32,000 nt of DNA from Trichodesmium erythraeum IMS101 (GTDB taxonomy: Bacteria > Cyanobacteriota > Cyanobacteriia > Cyanobacteriales > Microcoleaceae): assembly GCF_000014265.1 (NCBI RefSeq), contig NC_008312.1:6000001-6032000 (forward strand), in the 5' to 3' direction. Positions 20,277 through 28,981 of the stretch are shown in pieces (the first letter of the stretch is position 1; each line of letters opens with the position of its first letter). The notes under the pieces were generated by a model, which saw nothing but the letters and a program-made list of their open reading frames with translations, was not told where the DNA came from and searched no databases. The position numbers and the translations under genes are program-made.

Positions 20277-20452
20277 AATCAGGGTTATATTCTTACACAT
20301 AAACAGAAAAAAATATGCAGTTTAAATGCATAACAGCTTACTTTAAGGTTAGTATTCAGCAATAAAAGTGAATAAACCACGAGGCTTGGTGTATTAGTCC
20401 AAATAATTCTTGACGAGTTGAAAATTTCAAGATATCCCGGTAATTGCTGCTA

Positions 20453-20917
20453 TTAAAGAACTTTGTGAGTATATTCGTGTTGCTTAACATTGTCATCATT
20501 ACTAACAATGTTTTCTGCATTTAATATTCGTTTACGTTCTAGAGAATAGTTGAAGTCATCACGACGACTTCCTAGAGGAACCAAAGATTTAACTTCAGGA
20601 TGAATTTTATATGTGCGAGTAGCAGCGATCGCTCTCTCAGCAAAATTATCTGAGAATTGAGCTTCTGGGGGAAAATCTTTAGGTAGTAAAGGTGTTTCTC
20701 CAGATAATACTTTGCCTAAAGTTGTTCCACAAGCTATTTCATATGAAGTGGGTATTCCTTTAACAATAGCTTCAAGAGCTGCTGATGGTATTGGTTCAAC
20801 AATTTTTACTTGAGAGATTTCACCATCTTGTTTGACAAAGCAGGTTGCTAGACCAATAACTAAATAATCACTAGCAGATAAATCTGGGGCATTGGGATAA
20901 GCGGTGATAGTTGCCAT
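20453..20917 (-). CDS. Hypothetical protein (154 aa)
   Basis: ATG-initiated track ORF, 15 nt downstream of and co-oriented with the MBL-fold gene. I recognised no family motif. Confidence 0.6.
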   Translation of the reverse strand: MATITAYPNAPDLSASDYLVIGLATCFVKQDGEISQVKIVEPIPSAALEAIVKGIPTSYEIACGTTLGKVLSGETPLLPKDFPPEAQFSDNFAERAIAATRTYKIHPEVKSLVPLGSRRDDFNYSLERKRILNAENIVSNDDNVKQHEYTHKVL

Positions 20918-20932
20918 AGAGTATTATAATTT

Positions 20933-21556
20933 TTAGTTCCTAGAAACTAACTTATCATAAGCTGAGTCAATTACTCGCTTACCTCTCAAGGCACCAGTAT
21001 TAGCACCAGGGCAAATATACTTTAAAGTTTCACAAGAAAATCGGTCAATCAAAAATTTAACACTTTGAACCTGTCTAGGCCAATGGAAAGTTTTAGGAAT
21101 ACGTAATGGGACAGGTTCCCCCTGAGGATTCGGCAATAAATGCCGACCTGTAAATAATACCCCTCCATTCCCCGAATAATATAGACAAGATGAACCTGGA
21201 GAATGACCAGGAGTCCAGAAAACACTAGTATGTGGACTTAAATTAAACTCATACTCAAAAGTCGTTGGTTTTAGTCCAGGCAATAAATAAGCTTCTTGTT
21301 CTTGAATTAGAATCTCACATTTGAAAGCTGCTTGAATTGCTTTTGCCTTGCCAATAGCACTACGATTGGTAATATACAACCACTTTATTCCTCCTTGTGC
21401 CATTATAAATTTTTGATTTGTTTCATTATTAGCAGGACAATCAATCAGAATGTTGTTTTGATTCTCTACAATAAAATAAGAAGTTCCTCCTAGAGTATCC
21501 CGATTTGGCGAAAAAGCAAAAATATTTTCTAGGACAAACTGGGGAGCTTTAGACAT
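20933..21556 (-). CDS. MBL-fold (metallo-beta-lactamase superfamily) protein with a degenerate first metal motif
   Basis: ILIDCP... and WTPGHSPGSSCLYY (the classic TPGH[ST]PG block) indicate an MBL fold. The position where HxHxDH is expected reads WLYITNRSAIGKA. The track ORF starts at TTG 21574. I prefer the in-frame ATG at 21556 (MSKAPQF). Confidence 0.7.
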   Translation of the reverse strand: MSKAPQFVLENIFAFSPNRDTLGGTSYFIVENQNNILIDCPANNETNQKFIMAQGGIKWLYITNRSAIGKAKAIQAAFKCEILIQEQEAYLLPGLKPTTFEYEFNLSPHTSVFWTPGHSPGSSCLYYSGNGGVLFTGRHLLPNPQGEPVPLRIPKTFHWPRQVQSVKFLIDRFSCETLKYICPGANTGALRGKRVIDSAYDKLVSRN

Positions 21557-21627
21557 AAAGGGCTGTTGTATCAAGACAGTATGATTACTTAATTAGAAAT
21601 AGACAATATCAGCAAAACAAATATATT

Positions 21628-23127
21628 ATGCTTTTTTTATTAATTTTAATTTTGTTGGGGTTAATTACATACTTTATATTGCAGCGTAGTGTAAGTCAAA
21701 TTACTCATACTCCTATCTGGATATTATGGCTAATTATGATGACACCGTCTTTAATATGGACAACTTGGATGTTAATCTATCCTCAAAAACAAGTACCACC
21801 AGGGTTAATTATTATTCCTTTTGTTTTGTGTCCTTGTCTATATTGGTTATTGCTACAATGGGGGCGTAATGTACCAAGTAAATCAGATAAATCAAAAATC
21901 GAAAATAGTAGCTACAATAGTCAAACTGAAATCGACTCTACTCAAACTACCAAGCAAACTTTACCAAAACTAGCAATAGACAAAACAGAAGAAACCAACC
22001 TCCGAAATTGTTTTCCTTGGACAGTTTACTATCTACGGAACTTAGAGTATAAACCTCAAGCAGTTATTTGTCGAGGTCAGTTACGTTCTAACTCTGAAGT
22101 TGCTTATAAAACTGTACGAGAAAATGTAGAAGGAAAATTTGGCGATCGCTTCTTAGTAGTATTTCAAAATAGCTTTCAAGGTAAACCTTTCTTTGCCCTA
22201 GTTCCTAACCCTGGTTGTAGTAAGAATAAAACTCAAGATTCTACTGAATATAAAAAAGGTATAATTTTGGCTTTAGGATTATTACTAATTACTTTATTCA
22301 CTACTACATTAGTAGGAGCTAAAGAAATAGTTGGTGTTTCTGAGAATACTATAAAATATAACCCTAGCTCATTAATCCAAGGTTTACCTTACGCAGTTGC
22401 TCTAATTTTTATTCTAGGATGCCATGAATTTGGTCACTATATAATAGCTCAACTATACAAAATTCCTATAACTCTACCATGTTTTATTCCAGCACCGTTT
22501 TGGTTTGGAACTTTTGGAGCATTTACTCGGTGGCAAAGTCCCGTACCTAATCGTAAGTCTTTATTTGATGTTAGTATAGCAGGCCCTATACTCGGATTAA
22601 TAGTTACAATACCCCTATTAATTTGGGGTTTATCTCACTCTAGTATTGTTCCTCTTTCTGAAGATTCAGGAATCTCATCTCTAGATTCCTTAAATCCCAC
22701 TTTTTCTTTTTTATTAACTATATTGAGCAAATTAGCATTAGGTGCAAAGTTAACTTATAATAAAGCTATAAATCTACATCCAGTAGGAGTAGCTGGTTAT
22801 ATAGGTTTAATAGTAACTGCATATAATTTAATGCCTATTGGACCACTTGATGGTGGTCATATAGTGCATGCTATGTTTGGGCAACGCACTGCCATGGTAA
22901 TTGGTCAAATTTCGCGTTTTTTATTATTACTATTAGCTTTTATAAATAAGGAATATTTATTCTTAGCAATCTTTTTATTTTTACTGCCTCTTGCTGATGA
23001 ACCTGCTCTTAATGATGTTAGTGAACTAAATCATCAACGTGACTTTTTAGGATTGTTAATGCTAGGTTTATTAGTATTAATTTTATTGCCTGCTCCAAAG
23101 ATGGTAATACAATGGTTAAGTTTATAG
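21628..23127 (+). CDS. Site-2 protease family (peptidase M50) membrane metalloprotease, EGY-like
   Basis: 499-aa polytopic protein with HExxH (LGCHEFGHYIIAQ) and the second M50 motif NLMPIGPLDGGHIVHAMFG. Divergent from the MBL-fold gene across a ~70-bp spacer. Confidence 0.85.
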   Translation: MLFLLILILLGLITYFILQRSVSQITHTPIWILWLIMMTPSLIWTTWMLIYPQKQVPPGLIIIPFVLCPCLYWLLLQWGRNVPSKSDKSKIENSSYNSQTEIDSTQTTKQTLPKLAIDKTEETNLRNCFPWTVYYLRNLEYKPQAVICRGQLRSNSEVAYKTVRENVEGKFGDRFLVVFQNSFQGKPFFALVPNPGCSKNKTQDSTEYKKGIILALGLLLITLFTTTLVGAKEIVGVSENTIKYNPSSLIQGLPYAVALIFILGCHEFGHYIIAQLYKIPITLPCFIPAPFWFGTFGAFTRWQSPVPNRKSLFDVSIAGPILGLIVTIPLLIWGLSHSSIVPLSEDSGISSLDSLNPTFSFLLTILSKLALGAKLTYNKAINLHPVGVAGYIGLIVTAYNLMPIGPLDGGHIVHAMFGQRTAMVIGQISRFLLLLLAFINKEYLFLAIFLFLLPLADEPALNDVSELNHQRDFLGLLMLGLLVLILLPAPKMVIQWLSL

Positions 23128-23856
23128 TTTTAAATTATAGATTATTCATAATTTTATTTAGGCAAAAAAACACAGTTATTTGAGTAATTATTCTCATAAA
23201 AATGGTAATGTTAATAACGCTTAATATATCAATAGATGGTAAAGCATTAATAGTTTTTGTAGAATATTTTTTGATGCCTAATTTAGGGTAAAGAATAGTA
23301 GTAATAATGGCAAATATACCTAGCTATAAATTGAAAATAATTGAACCATTAATTAAATCAGTTAGCACAAGTATAATTAATTTACAACCCTAATCACTAA
23401 ACTTTAATCCCATAGAATTATAGTAGGTACTCCTAAGTCAAAAGTTTTTTGCGTGGTTTGTATACACCACAGCCAAGCTAAAATGCTCAATCTAATATTT
23501 GCTAGTTTTTAATTATTAGATAATAACCACTGCAAAAACTATTTTTAATATTGTTGCTACTGTACCTTATTAACTACAGAATATGTTGTAAATAAGATAA
23601 ATTGAGAACAAAAATTTTCTTTAATTAAAAGCTAATATTGATGTTCTGCTAAATTTTTTTTTTGCTTAGTATTGATAGGAAAAATAGTAAACTTTTCATA
23701 AAACTTTAACTAGGTTCATCTCAATTTATTAAGGGATAAATAACTGTACTCAAGAAGAGGGAATACTTAAACCATTTAGTTAATTTATTGGTAAACTTGA
23801 ACTGTAAAGCATCCTTGTTTTTTGGCTTTTGCGATCGCATTTATCCAACATTAAAA

Positions 23857-24033
23857 TCAAGCAGCAAAAGCACCATTAAGATAAGCACACCAATGCTGAA
23901 GTATACGGGACAAATTTTTTTGTGACCATTTTGCCCCTAATAATTTAAGCCATAAACCAATTTGTTTGACTAGAGATTAAACAGCTCCTGAACCTATTGA
24001 ATTTCCTATTGCTTGCCTGGCTTGGTAGTTAAT
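23857..24033 (-). pseudogene. Transposase C-terminal remnant (ISKra4-like IGSGxVE...KxxGxxW tail)
   Basis: The minus frame reads INYQARQAIGNSIGSGAV*SLVKQIGLWLKLLGAKWSQKNLSRILQHWCAYLNGAFAA*. An in-frame TAA sits where Glu of the GSGxVE motif is expected, and no upstream body of the gene is present. The family assignment is by remembered motif only. Confidence 0.45.
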
Positions 24034-24216
24034 AATGGGAAATTGATGCTTTATCAAGTATCGTATAATGAGTTTTTTTTATATGATCAAAGTTTATTTA
24101 TATTAGATAATGGGAAATTCTGGGAATAACTATTGCGAACTTTAGCTCAGAGCTATCTCAAGGTAAGAAACTTTTTCAAAACAACTATAAATAATCTAAG
24201 CTAGCTATATTGCTAT

Positions 24217-24249
24217 AAAACTATTAGCTTTAAAAGCTAATAGTTTTTT
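24217..24249. terminator. Perfect 14-bp hairpin with A/T-tract arms (bidirectional terminator candidate) downstream of the desaturase-family gene
   Basis: aaaactattagctt (24217-24230) / aagctaatagtttt (24234-24247) are exact reverse complements around a 3-nt loop. T-runs follow on both strands. It lies ~45 nt beyond the minus-strand stop at 24293. Confidence 0.5.
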
Positions 24250-24292
24250 GGGAAAACTTTGTACTCTCCAGTATCTATAGTTTTTATAATTA

Positions 24293-25342
24293 TTAATTTG
24301 AAGGCAGATTATTTTGAGGATAAATAATCTGATTATTTGAAGTAAATTCTAAGAGTTTAGTTTCGCATATCAAAGCAGAATAACGACTTAACAAGAAGGT
24401 TTCATATAAATAACTATGCTCAAATTTCATTAAAGGAAGATTATAAGTTTCTAAAACTCCTTGAATACGATGAAAAGCGTCTGGCAAATTATTAAAAGGG
24501 ATACCAGGAAAAGCATGATGAACTCCATGATAATTTAACCCTCCTATTAACCATCCAATAATATCATTTTCCTGAAGATTACGAGAGGCATAAAGTTGAG
24601 TAAGTTGATAAGTTTTAGCTTTGCCCCAAAGTCCATAATGTTCTAAATGGTCACGGGTTTGCATCACAATACCAATTACTCTTTCTAAGATTAACCAAAA
24701 TAGTAAATAGCGCAATAGTAACCCATTTGTAATGACAAAACCGAGCATAACTCCATGGAATAATGCCATCCCTCCTACATCTAGAAATATTTTTTGCTGG
24801 AGGCGAGAAAGTAACTTTCGGTAACGCCAACCATAAATGAAGGTTTTCATAATTAACCCTACTCCTCCTGCCAGAAAAATATCAATACTACATTGATGAC
24901 GCACATACCATTGTACAAGAAGACAAGAATTGTGATATTCTTCCCAGGTCCACTGTACCCTTTCTGGGTCTCGTAAGTCACTGCCATTCCAGCTGTGATG
25001 TAGTTGGTGCAGTGCAGCATAAATGCTATAAGGCCACAGCATCGGCCAACTTATTAGTCTAGGCATAATACTGTCAAACCATCTCCACCCAGTTAAAGTT
25101 TGATGAGTCATATCATGGGTACAAATTAACCAGAAAGCATACACGAGTGCTGCAAAAATGCTAATGCCTGAAAATAAAAAATTATTAGATGTTGACCATG
25201 CTATTGTAACTAAACTGAAGAAAGCAAAACCTAATACAATAAAGCGAATTAGTCCAGTAAAAGAGTTAATTTGATGCAAGTCGGAGGTTACTTTTTGTAA
25301 ATCTCGGGTTAGTCTAGTTGAGTTTATTAAATGCTTACTCAT
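24293..25342 (-). CDS. Membrane fatty-acid-desaturase-family di-iron protein (three His boxes); substrate unknown
   Basis: 349 aa with HDMTH, HQLHH and HGVHH in the canonical spacing/order of the PF00487-type desaturase/hydroxylase/ketolase family, plus hydrophobic segments. Confidence 0.75.
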   Translation of the reverse strand: MSKHLINSTRLTRDLQKVTSDLHQINSFTGLIRFIVLGFAFFSLVTIAWSTSNNFLFSGISIFAALVYAFWLICTHDMTHQTLTGWRWFDSIMPRLISWPMLWPYSIYAALHQLHHSWNGSDLRDPERVQWTWEEYHNSCLLVQWYVRHQCSIDIFLAGGVGLIMKTFIYGWRYRKLLSRLQQKIFLDVGGMALFHGVMLGFVITNGLLLRYLLFWLILERVIGIVMQTRDHLEHYGLWGKAKTYQLTQLYASRNLQENDIIGWLIGGLNYHGVHHAFPGIPFNNLPDAFHRIQGVLETYNLPLMKFEHSYLYETFLLSRYSALICETKLLEFTSNNQIIYPQNNLPSN

Positions 25343-25352
25343 ATCTATTGAT

Positions 25353-25590
25353 TTATAACTGATTTACTTTAAAAAAATGGAAGCTTTTACGGTCTAGGTT
25401 AGTAATTAATTAATCATTAATGGTGTTAGGTAAGATATGATGAAATTGAGTTACCGAATGGTGAAATGAAATTATAGATAATTTTTTTGTTAATGTTAGA
25501 CAAGATATTCTTCTTGTTCTTGTTTTTCCTATGGTTGATCAGCAATAAATTGTATTTTTCTGTCAATATAGATATGGAGTAGGTGAAGTT
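25353..25590 (+). pseudogene. Decayed tandem duplicate of the Nudix gene 5' region
   Basis: Aligns base-for-base with 25591-25813 (tttaaaaaaatggaagcttttac...gttaccgaatggt...tttttgttaatgttag.caagatatt...gatcagcaa.aaattgtattt...gtcaatataga.atggagtaggt.aagtttta). It differs by ~20 substitutions and four small insertions, the start codon is lost (ataact vs atatgact), and several stops are present. Confidence 0.85.
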
Positions 25591-25594
25591 TTAT

Positions 25595-26158
25595 ATGACT
25601 AATTTAAAAAAATGGAAGCTTTTACAATCTAGGTTAGTAATTAATCATCAATGGTGTCAAGTAAGACAGGATGAAGTTGAGTTACCGAATGGTAAAATTA
25701 TAGATGATTTTTTTGTTAATGTTAGGCAAGATATTGTTCTTGTTTTTCCTGTGACTGATCAGCAAGAAATTGTATTTGTCCGTCAATATAGACATGGAGT
25801 AGGTAAAGTTTTATTAGAGTTACCGGCAGGATATTTTAATCCTCAAGTAGAGTTTCCTGAAGTAGCTGCGATGAGAGAATTGAGAGAAGAAACTGGATAT
25901 GTTGCCGAGAAATTAATTAAATTAAAAACTTTATATGATAATCCTGTTAAAGATACTAATTCTATTCATTTCTTTGCTGCTAAAAATGTGATCAAATCTC
26001 AAAAACAAGAGCTTGATATTACAGAAGAAATTGAAGTGGTCTTAATACCTGTTTCTGAGGTTCTTCAGAGAGTATTGATGACAGACATAAATGTTTGTGG
26101 AACTATCGCAGCTATATTTTTAGGATTAGAATACTTGCGCAACAATAAATTAGGATGA
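25595..26158 (+). CDS. Nudix hydrolase (ADP-ribose pyrophosphatase-like)
   Basis: Nudix box E-x7-REUxEExGU present: LPAGYFNPQVEFPEVAAMRELREETGYV. The track start at GTG 25583 lies inside the upstream duplicate copy (it corresponds to the internal GVGKVL codons). ATG 25595 (MTNLKKWKLL) is the likely start. Confidence 0.85.
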   Translation: MTNLKKWKLLQSRLVINHQWCQVRQDEVELPNGKIIDDFFVNVRQDIVLVFPVTDQQEIVFVRQYRHGVGKVLLELPAGYFNPQVEFPEVAAMRELREETGYVAEKLIKLKTLYDNPVKDTNSIHFFAAKNVIKSQKQELDITEEIEVVLIPVSEVLQRVLMTDINVCGTIAAIFLGLEYLRNNKLG

Positions 26159-26444
26159 ACTATTTCCCTAGTTGACTTTATTTTTAGTTATATTGGTTAT
26201 ATCATTATATCAAATTTATTTGAATTTATTTGATTTATAAAGTTTGAGATGATCAGTATAAGTTTATAAGTAATTACTTTTGAGAGAAGTTGGTATTATA
26301 GGGCTTTTCAAGTTACTGAGGTATAGTTTTTTTCTGAATTTTCTATTCCTACCAAATGCAAATTATTGCTCCCTACTTCCTAAAACCAAGGAACTTTGTA
26401 TCTCACTCATTACCAGAGATAGAAATTCCTATAAATCACTTAAA

Positions 26445-26747
26445 CTAATCAATATCTATTGACTGATAATGACCACAACCTTTACATGGTCCAATAGGGT
26501 TAACTGCACAACGAATATAAGAAGACCTAGCATTAAATTTACAAGTTAGGTCTCCTATTATGTATCCTACTCCTTCAATATACTCTTGTTCTGGTTGACT
26601 AGATATAGCTCTTATTTCTCTATAGTTTACAACTAATCTAGCTGAGTTAAGTCTTTCCATAGTCCTTGCTTCCAGCTTATGGAAAGTCCATGCATAAAAT
26701 AAGCAAGGAGTTATGCTTATCAAAAAAATTAGTAATATTCCAAACAC
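26445..26747 (-). CDS. Small membrane-anchored Cys-rich protein (DUF6464-like by remembered motif)
   Basis: 100 aa. N-terminal hydrophobic helix, C-terminal IGDLTCKFNARSSYIRCAVNPIGPCKGCGHYQ (GD.tC.fNA.S...RCAVNP.GPC..C pattern seen in small cyanobacterial proteins). GTG start. Confidence 0.55.
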   Translation of the reverse strand: MFGILLIFLISITPCLFYAWTFHKLEARTMERLNSARLVVNYREIRAISSQPEQEYIEGVGYIIGDLTCKFNARSSYIRCAVNPIGPCKGCGHYQSIDID

Positions 26748-26890
26748 ATTTATTCTGAGTTTATTACAAGTGCAAATCTATTCTATCAATCTTAAATTAT
26801 TGGTGGATAAATGTTTAGAGATTTGTCATCTTTGAAAACTGAAAACTTTCTTCTTGTATTTATGTAGTATAGGAATTAGCTCGAAATATC

Positions 26891-27111
26891 AGGGAGTGGA
26901 ATTGTCCAGAATGTTGTAGTCGTCGTGATAGGGATATAAACCCAAGCATCAATATTTTGGCTGCTGGAAGAGTAGTGTAAGTCTGGGTCGCGACTGTAAG
27001 ACCTGAAGGGAGTAAATTTCGGAAGGCAGGCGCTATCAGACAGAAAGCCACCAACAGTAATGTTAGGGAAGCCTGCCCTGTCTCGTAGAGCAGCGTCGGG
27101 AGAATGTCAAT
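26891..27111 (+). mobile_element. 3' remnant of an IS200/IS605-family element: TnpB C-terminal tail plus omega-RNA-like right end
   Basis: The frame from 26891 reads REWNCPECCSRRDRDINPSINILAAGRVV* (stop 26978-26980), which is the TnpB zinc-finger/RuvC-III tail (C..CG...dRD.NA..NIL.AG). Downstream is the helix ggcaggc (27025-27031) / gcctgcc (27071-27077). The terminal gggagaatgtcaat (27098-27111) is shared with 11917-11930. The track ORF 26860-27054 (-) is antisense to this and probably spurious. Confidence 0.65.
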
Positions 27112-27131
27112 GAACGATAAAATGACCCAAT

Positions 27132-28307
27132 GTGCAAATAGTGGGAATATTTAAACTTATGCTTACATACATACTGGCCTTAGCTGTTGGTCTTGGTAGT
27201 TTAGCTTTGTATATAGTGGCCTTTTTCTTTCCAGAGGTCCATCGGAAAAACGATTTTATCTGGAGTGGTGTAGGTCTTTTCTATGCCTTGGTATTGTGGT
27301 TTTGTGCAGGTAGAATTACAGGTGCGGTGTTACTGGGTCAAGTGGCAAGTGTAGCTTTATTAGGTTGGTTTACTTCAGAAAGTTTAATGTTGCGTCGCCA
27401 AGTGACTCCAGTTGTAGAGCAAACCAAAATATCAACTGAGAAAAGTACTGAAGATTATACTCAGAAAAAATCAAAAATTGTTTCTGAAACAACATCTATA
27501 TCAGAAGTAGAGAATATGGAAAAATTAGATTTATCTGATTCCCCAATAACCTCTACCAAACAGTCAGAAAATATTACTACTGAAGAGTTGGTGAATATTG
27601 TTAAAACAGGAGAAACTGAATCTGAATTACTATCATCTGAAACTACTTCAGACTTAAGTAAAATAATCAAAGAATCTGAAGCAGAGACAACTGAAAGTAT
27701 GACAGAAAAAAATGTTTTAACTGATGCTAAAACTGAATTAGATACATCTCAGAAATTAGATAAAAGTTTATCTAAAAAAGCTCGTGGTTTTGCTCAGTTA
27801 TTGACACCTATGAGTGGAATATTGAGTAATATTAAAAATGTCATTCAAGGTAGAGATAATAAAAATACTGATTCTGACTCAATATCTACACAAAATCAAG
27901 CTGATACTGAGAAATTAACTTCTATTGAGGAGGTAAATACTGAAGTTAATGAGACTATAAGTCAGACAGAAGATACTCAAGCTAAACAAGAATCTTTAAT
28001 AGAGAAAGAAGAGTCTATAGTATCTGATGTTAAAACAGATAAAACTACTTTGACAGAAGTTGAAAAGGAAGCAAACTCGTCTTCAAAATTAGAATCTACA
28101 CCTACTGAAAAACCTGCTACGGAAACTTCTAAATTAGCTGAAGTTTCTGCGCTTGAAGATAGCTCTTCTTCACCAGAAATAATAACTACTCAAGATAGTC
28201 AGAATCAGGAAGAAAATTTGACTGCTATTTCTTCTGAGGAGAAAAATGAGACTGATAATTCAACATCAGATTTATCAAAAGATAGTCAAAATAAGTCAGT
28301 AGATTAG
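27132..28307 (+). CDS. Ycf66-N-domain membrane protein with a ~300-aa acidic Ser/Thr/Glu/Lys-rich low-complexity tail
   Basis: N-terminal ~85 aa (ILALAVGLGSLALYIVAFFFPEVHRKNDFIWSGVGLFYALVLWFCAGRITGAVLLGQVASVALLGWFTSESLMLRR) parallels the Ycf66_N pattern (..AGLYFLR..RPEL.RD.DIFFAAVGLLCG.IL.FQGWRLDPIL.FGQ.LL.G...FFA.E.IRLR). The rest is compositionally biased (T/S/E/K). The start is ambiguous: GTG 27132, GTG 27141 or ATG 27159. Confidence 0.65.
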   Translation: MQIVGIFKLMLTYILALAVGLGSLALYIVAFFFPEVHRKNDFIWSGVGLFYALVLWFCAGRITGAVLLGQVASVALLGWFTSESLMLRRQVTPVVEQTKISTEKSTEDYTQKKSKIVSETTSISEVENMEKLDLSDSPITSTKQSENITTEELVNIVKTGETESELLSSETTSDLSKIIKESEAETTESMTEKNVLTDAKTELDTSQKLDKSLSKKARGFAQLLTPMSGILSNIKNVIQGRDNKNTDSDSISTQNQADTEKLTSIEEVNTEVNETISQTEDTQAKQESLIEKEESIVSDVKTDKTTLTEVEKEANSSSKLESTPTEKPATETSKLAEVSALEDSSSSPEIITTQDSQNQEENLTAISSEEKNETDNSTSDLSKDSQNKSVD

Positions 28308-28433
28308 TAACACAAAAATTGAAAAGGGTAACAACAAACAACAAATAATAATACATACGAAATATACAGGGAATTTGAAGGTAAAATGTAAGGTTTCAGT
28401 CTTTAGCTGTTAGCTATTGATAAAATGTTTATT

Positions 28434-28564
28434 AATTGAGCTAGAATTAACTCTTACTAGAAAAAGGGGGCTCTTTTGCTGAGAGCTAATAGTTGAATAC
28501 TTACGGTAAAACTACAGCTCAATTCCCTTTTTCTAACTATTCACTCGAAGTTAATGTTAAGAGT
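28434..28564 (+). other. Interleaved complementary segments (candidate structured RNA or rearranged inverted-repeat element)
   Basis: Exact complements: aattgagct (28434-28442) / agctcaatt (28516-28524); tagaaaaaggg (28458-28468) / ccctttttcta (28525-28535); actctta (28450-28456) / taagagt (28558-28564). There is also a small hairpin gctct (28470-28474) / agagc (28482-28486). The first pair crosses the other two. Confidence 0.4.
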
Positions 28565-28821
28565 GTGGAAAAATAATTTGTTAAAATAGTAAAGGCGATA
28601 AAAATACGAACTGAAGAGATATGTTTGACTGACTAAAAAGATGATTTTATACCTAAAAAAGAGTCTTGAAATAATTTATTCTGCGGAGTTAATTATGAAT
28701 TATAGGTTATCAAAAATTGTCTATTGATTTATAGTAAATATTTATTTTCTTGGTATTACAGGAGGTGTATTTTTGACTAAAAATATAAGCTATTAAATAA
28801 TAAATAAAACCGAAAAAATTA

Positions 28822-28856
28822 GTTCTGAGTTTTGAGTTCTCAGTTTGGAGTTTTGT
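28822..28856. repeat. Heptamer tandem repeat (5 units, reverse-complement orientation of the CAGAACT family)
   Basis: gttctga gttttga gttctca gtttgga gttttgt read directly. It resembles the short tandemly repeated heptamers (STRR) of filamentous cyanobacteria. Confidence 0.65.
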
Positions 28857-28981
28857 TCTTTGTAATAAACATTTATTACCCTTGGTATTATTAAGAGACG
28901 GTTTGTCAAAAAAAGGTAAAAATGGCCATGAAGAAGTATTGAAGGTAAAGGTAGGAGAAAACAATGCTCACTGTCAAATAA

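Noticed and set aside
25353-25813. Diversity-generating retroelement (template/variable repeat pair) as an explanation for the Nudix duplicate
   Set aside because: Mismatches between the copies are mixed transitions and indels rather than adenine-specific. The repeat is at the 5' end of the gene, and there is no reverse transcriptase in the window.
13129-28964. Track ORFs 13129-13341 (-), 26280-26462 (+), 26860-27054 (-), 27461-27670 (-), 28710-28964 (-)
   Set aside because: 13129-13341 and 26860-27054 are antisense to TnpB tail / right-end remnants. 27461-27670 is antisense within the low-complexity tail of the ycf66-like gene. The other two are AT-rich, low-complexity reading frames with no motifs or ribosome-binding sites.
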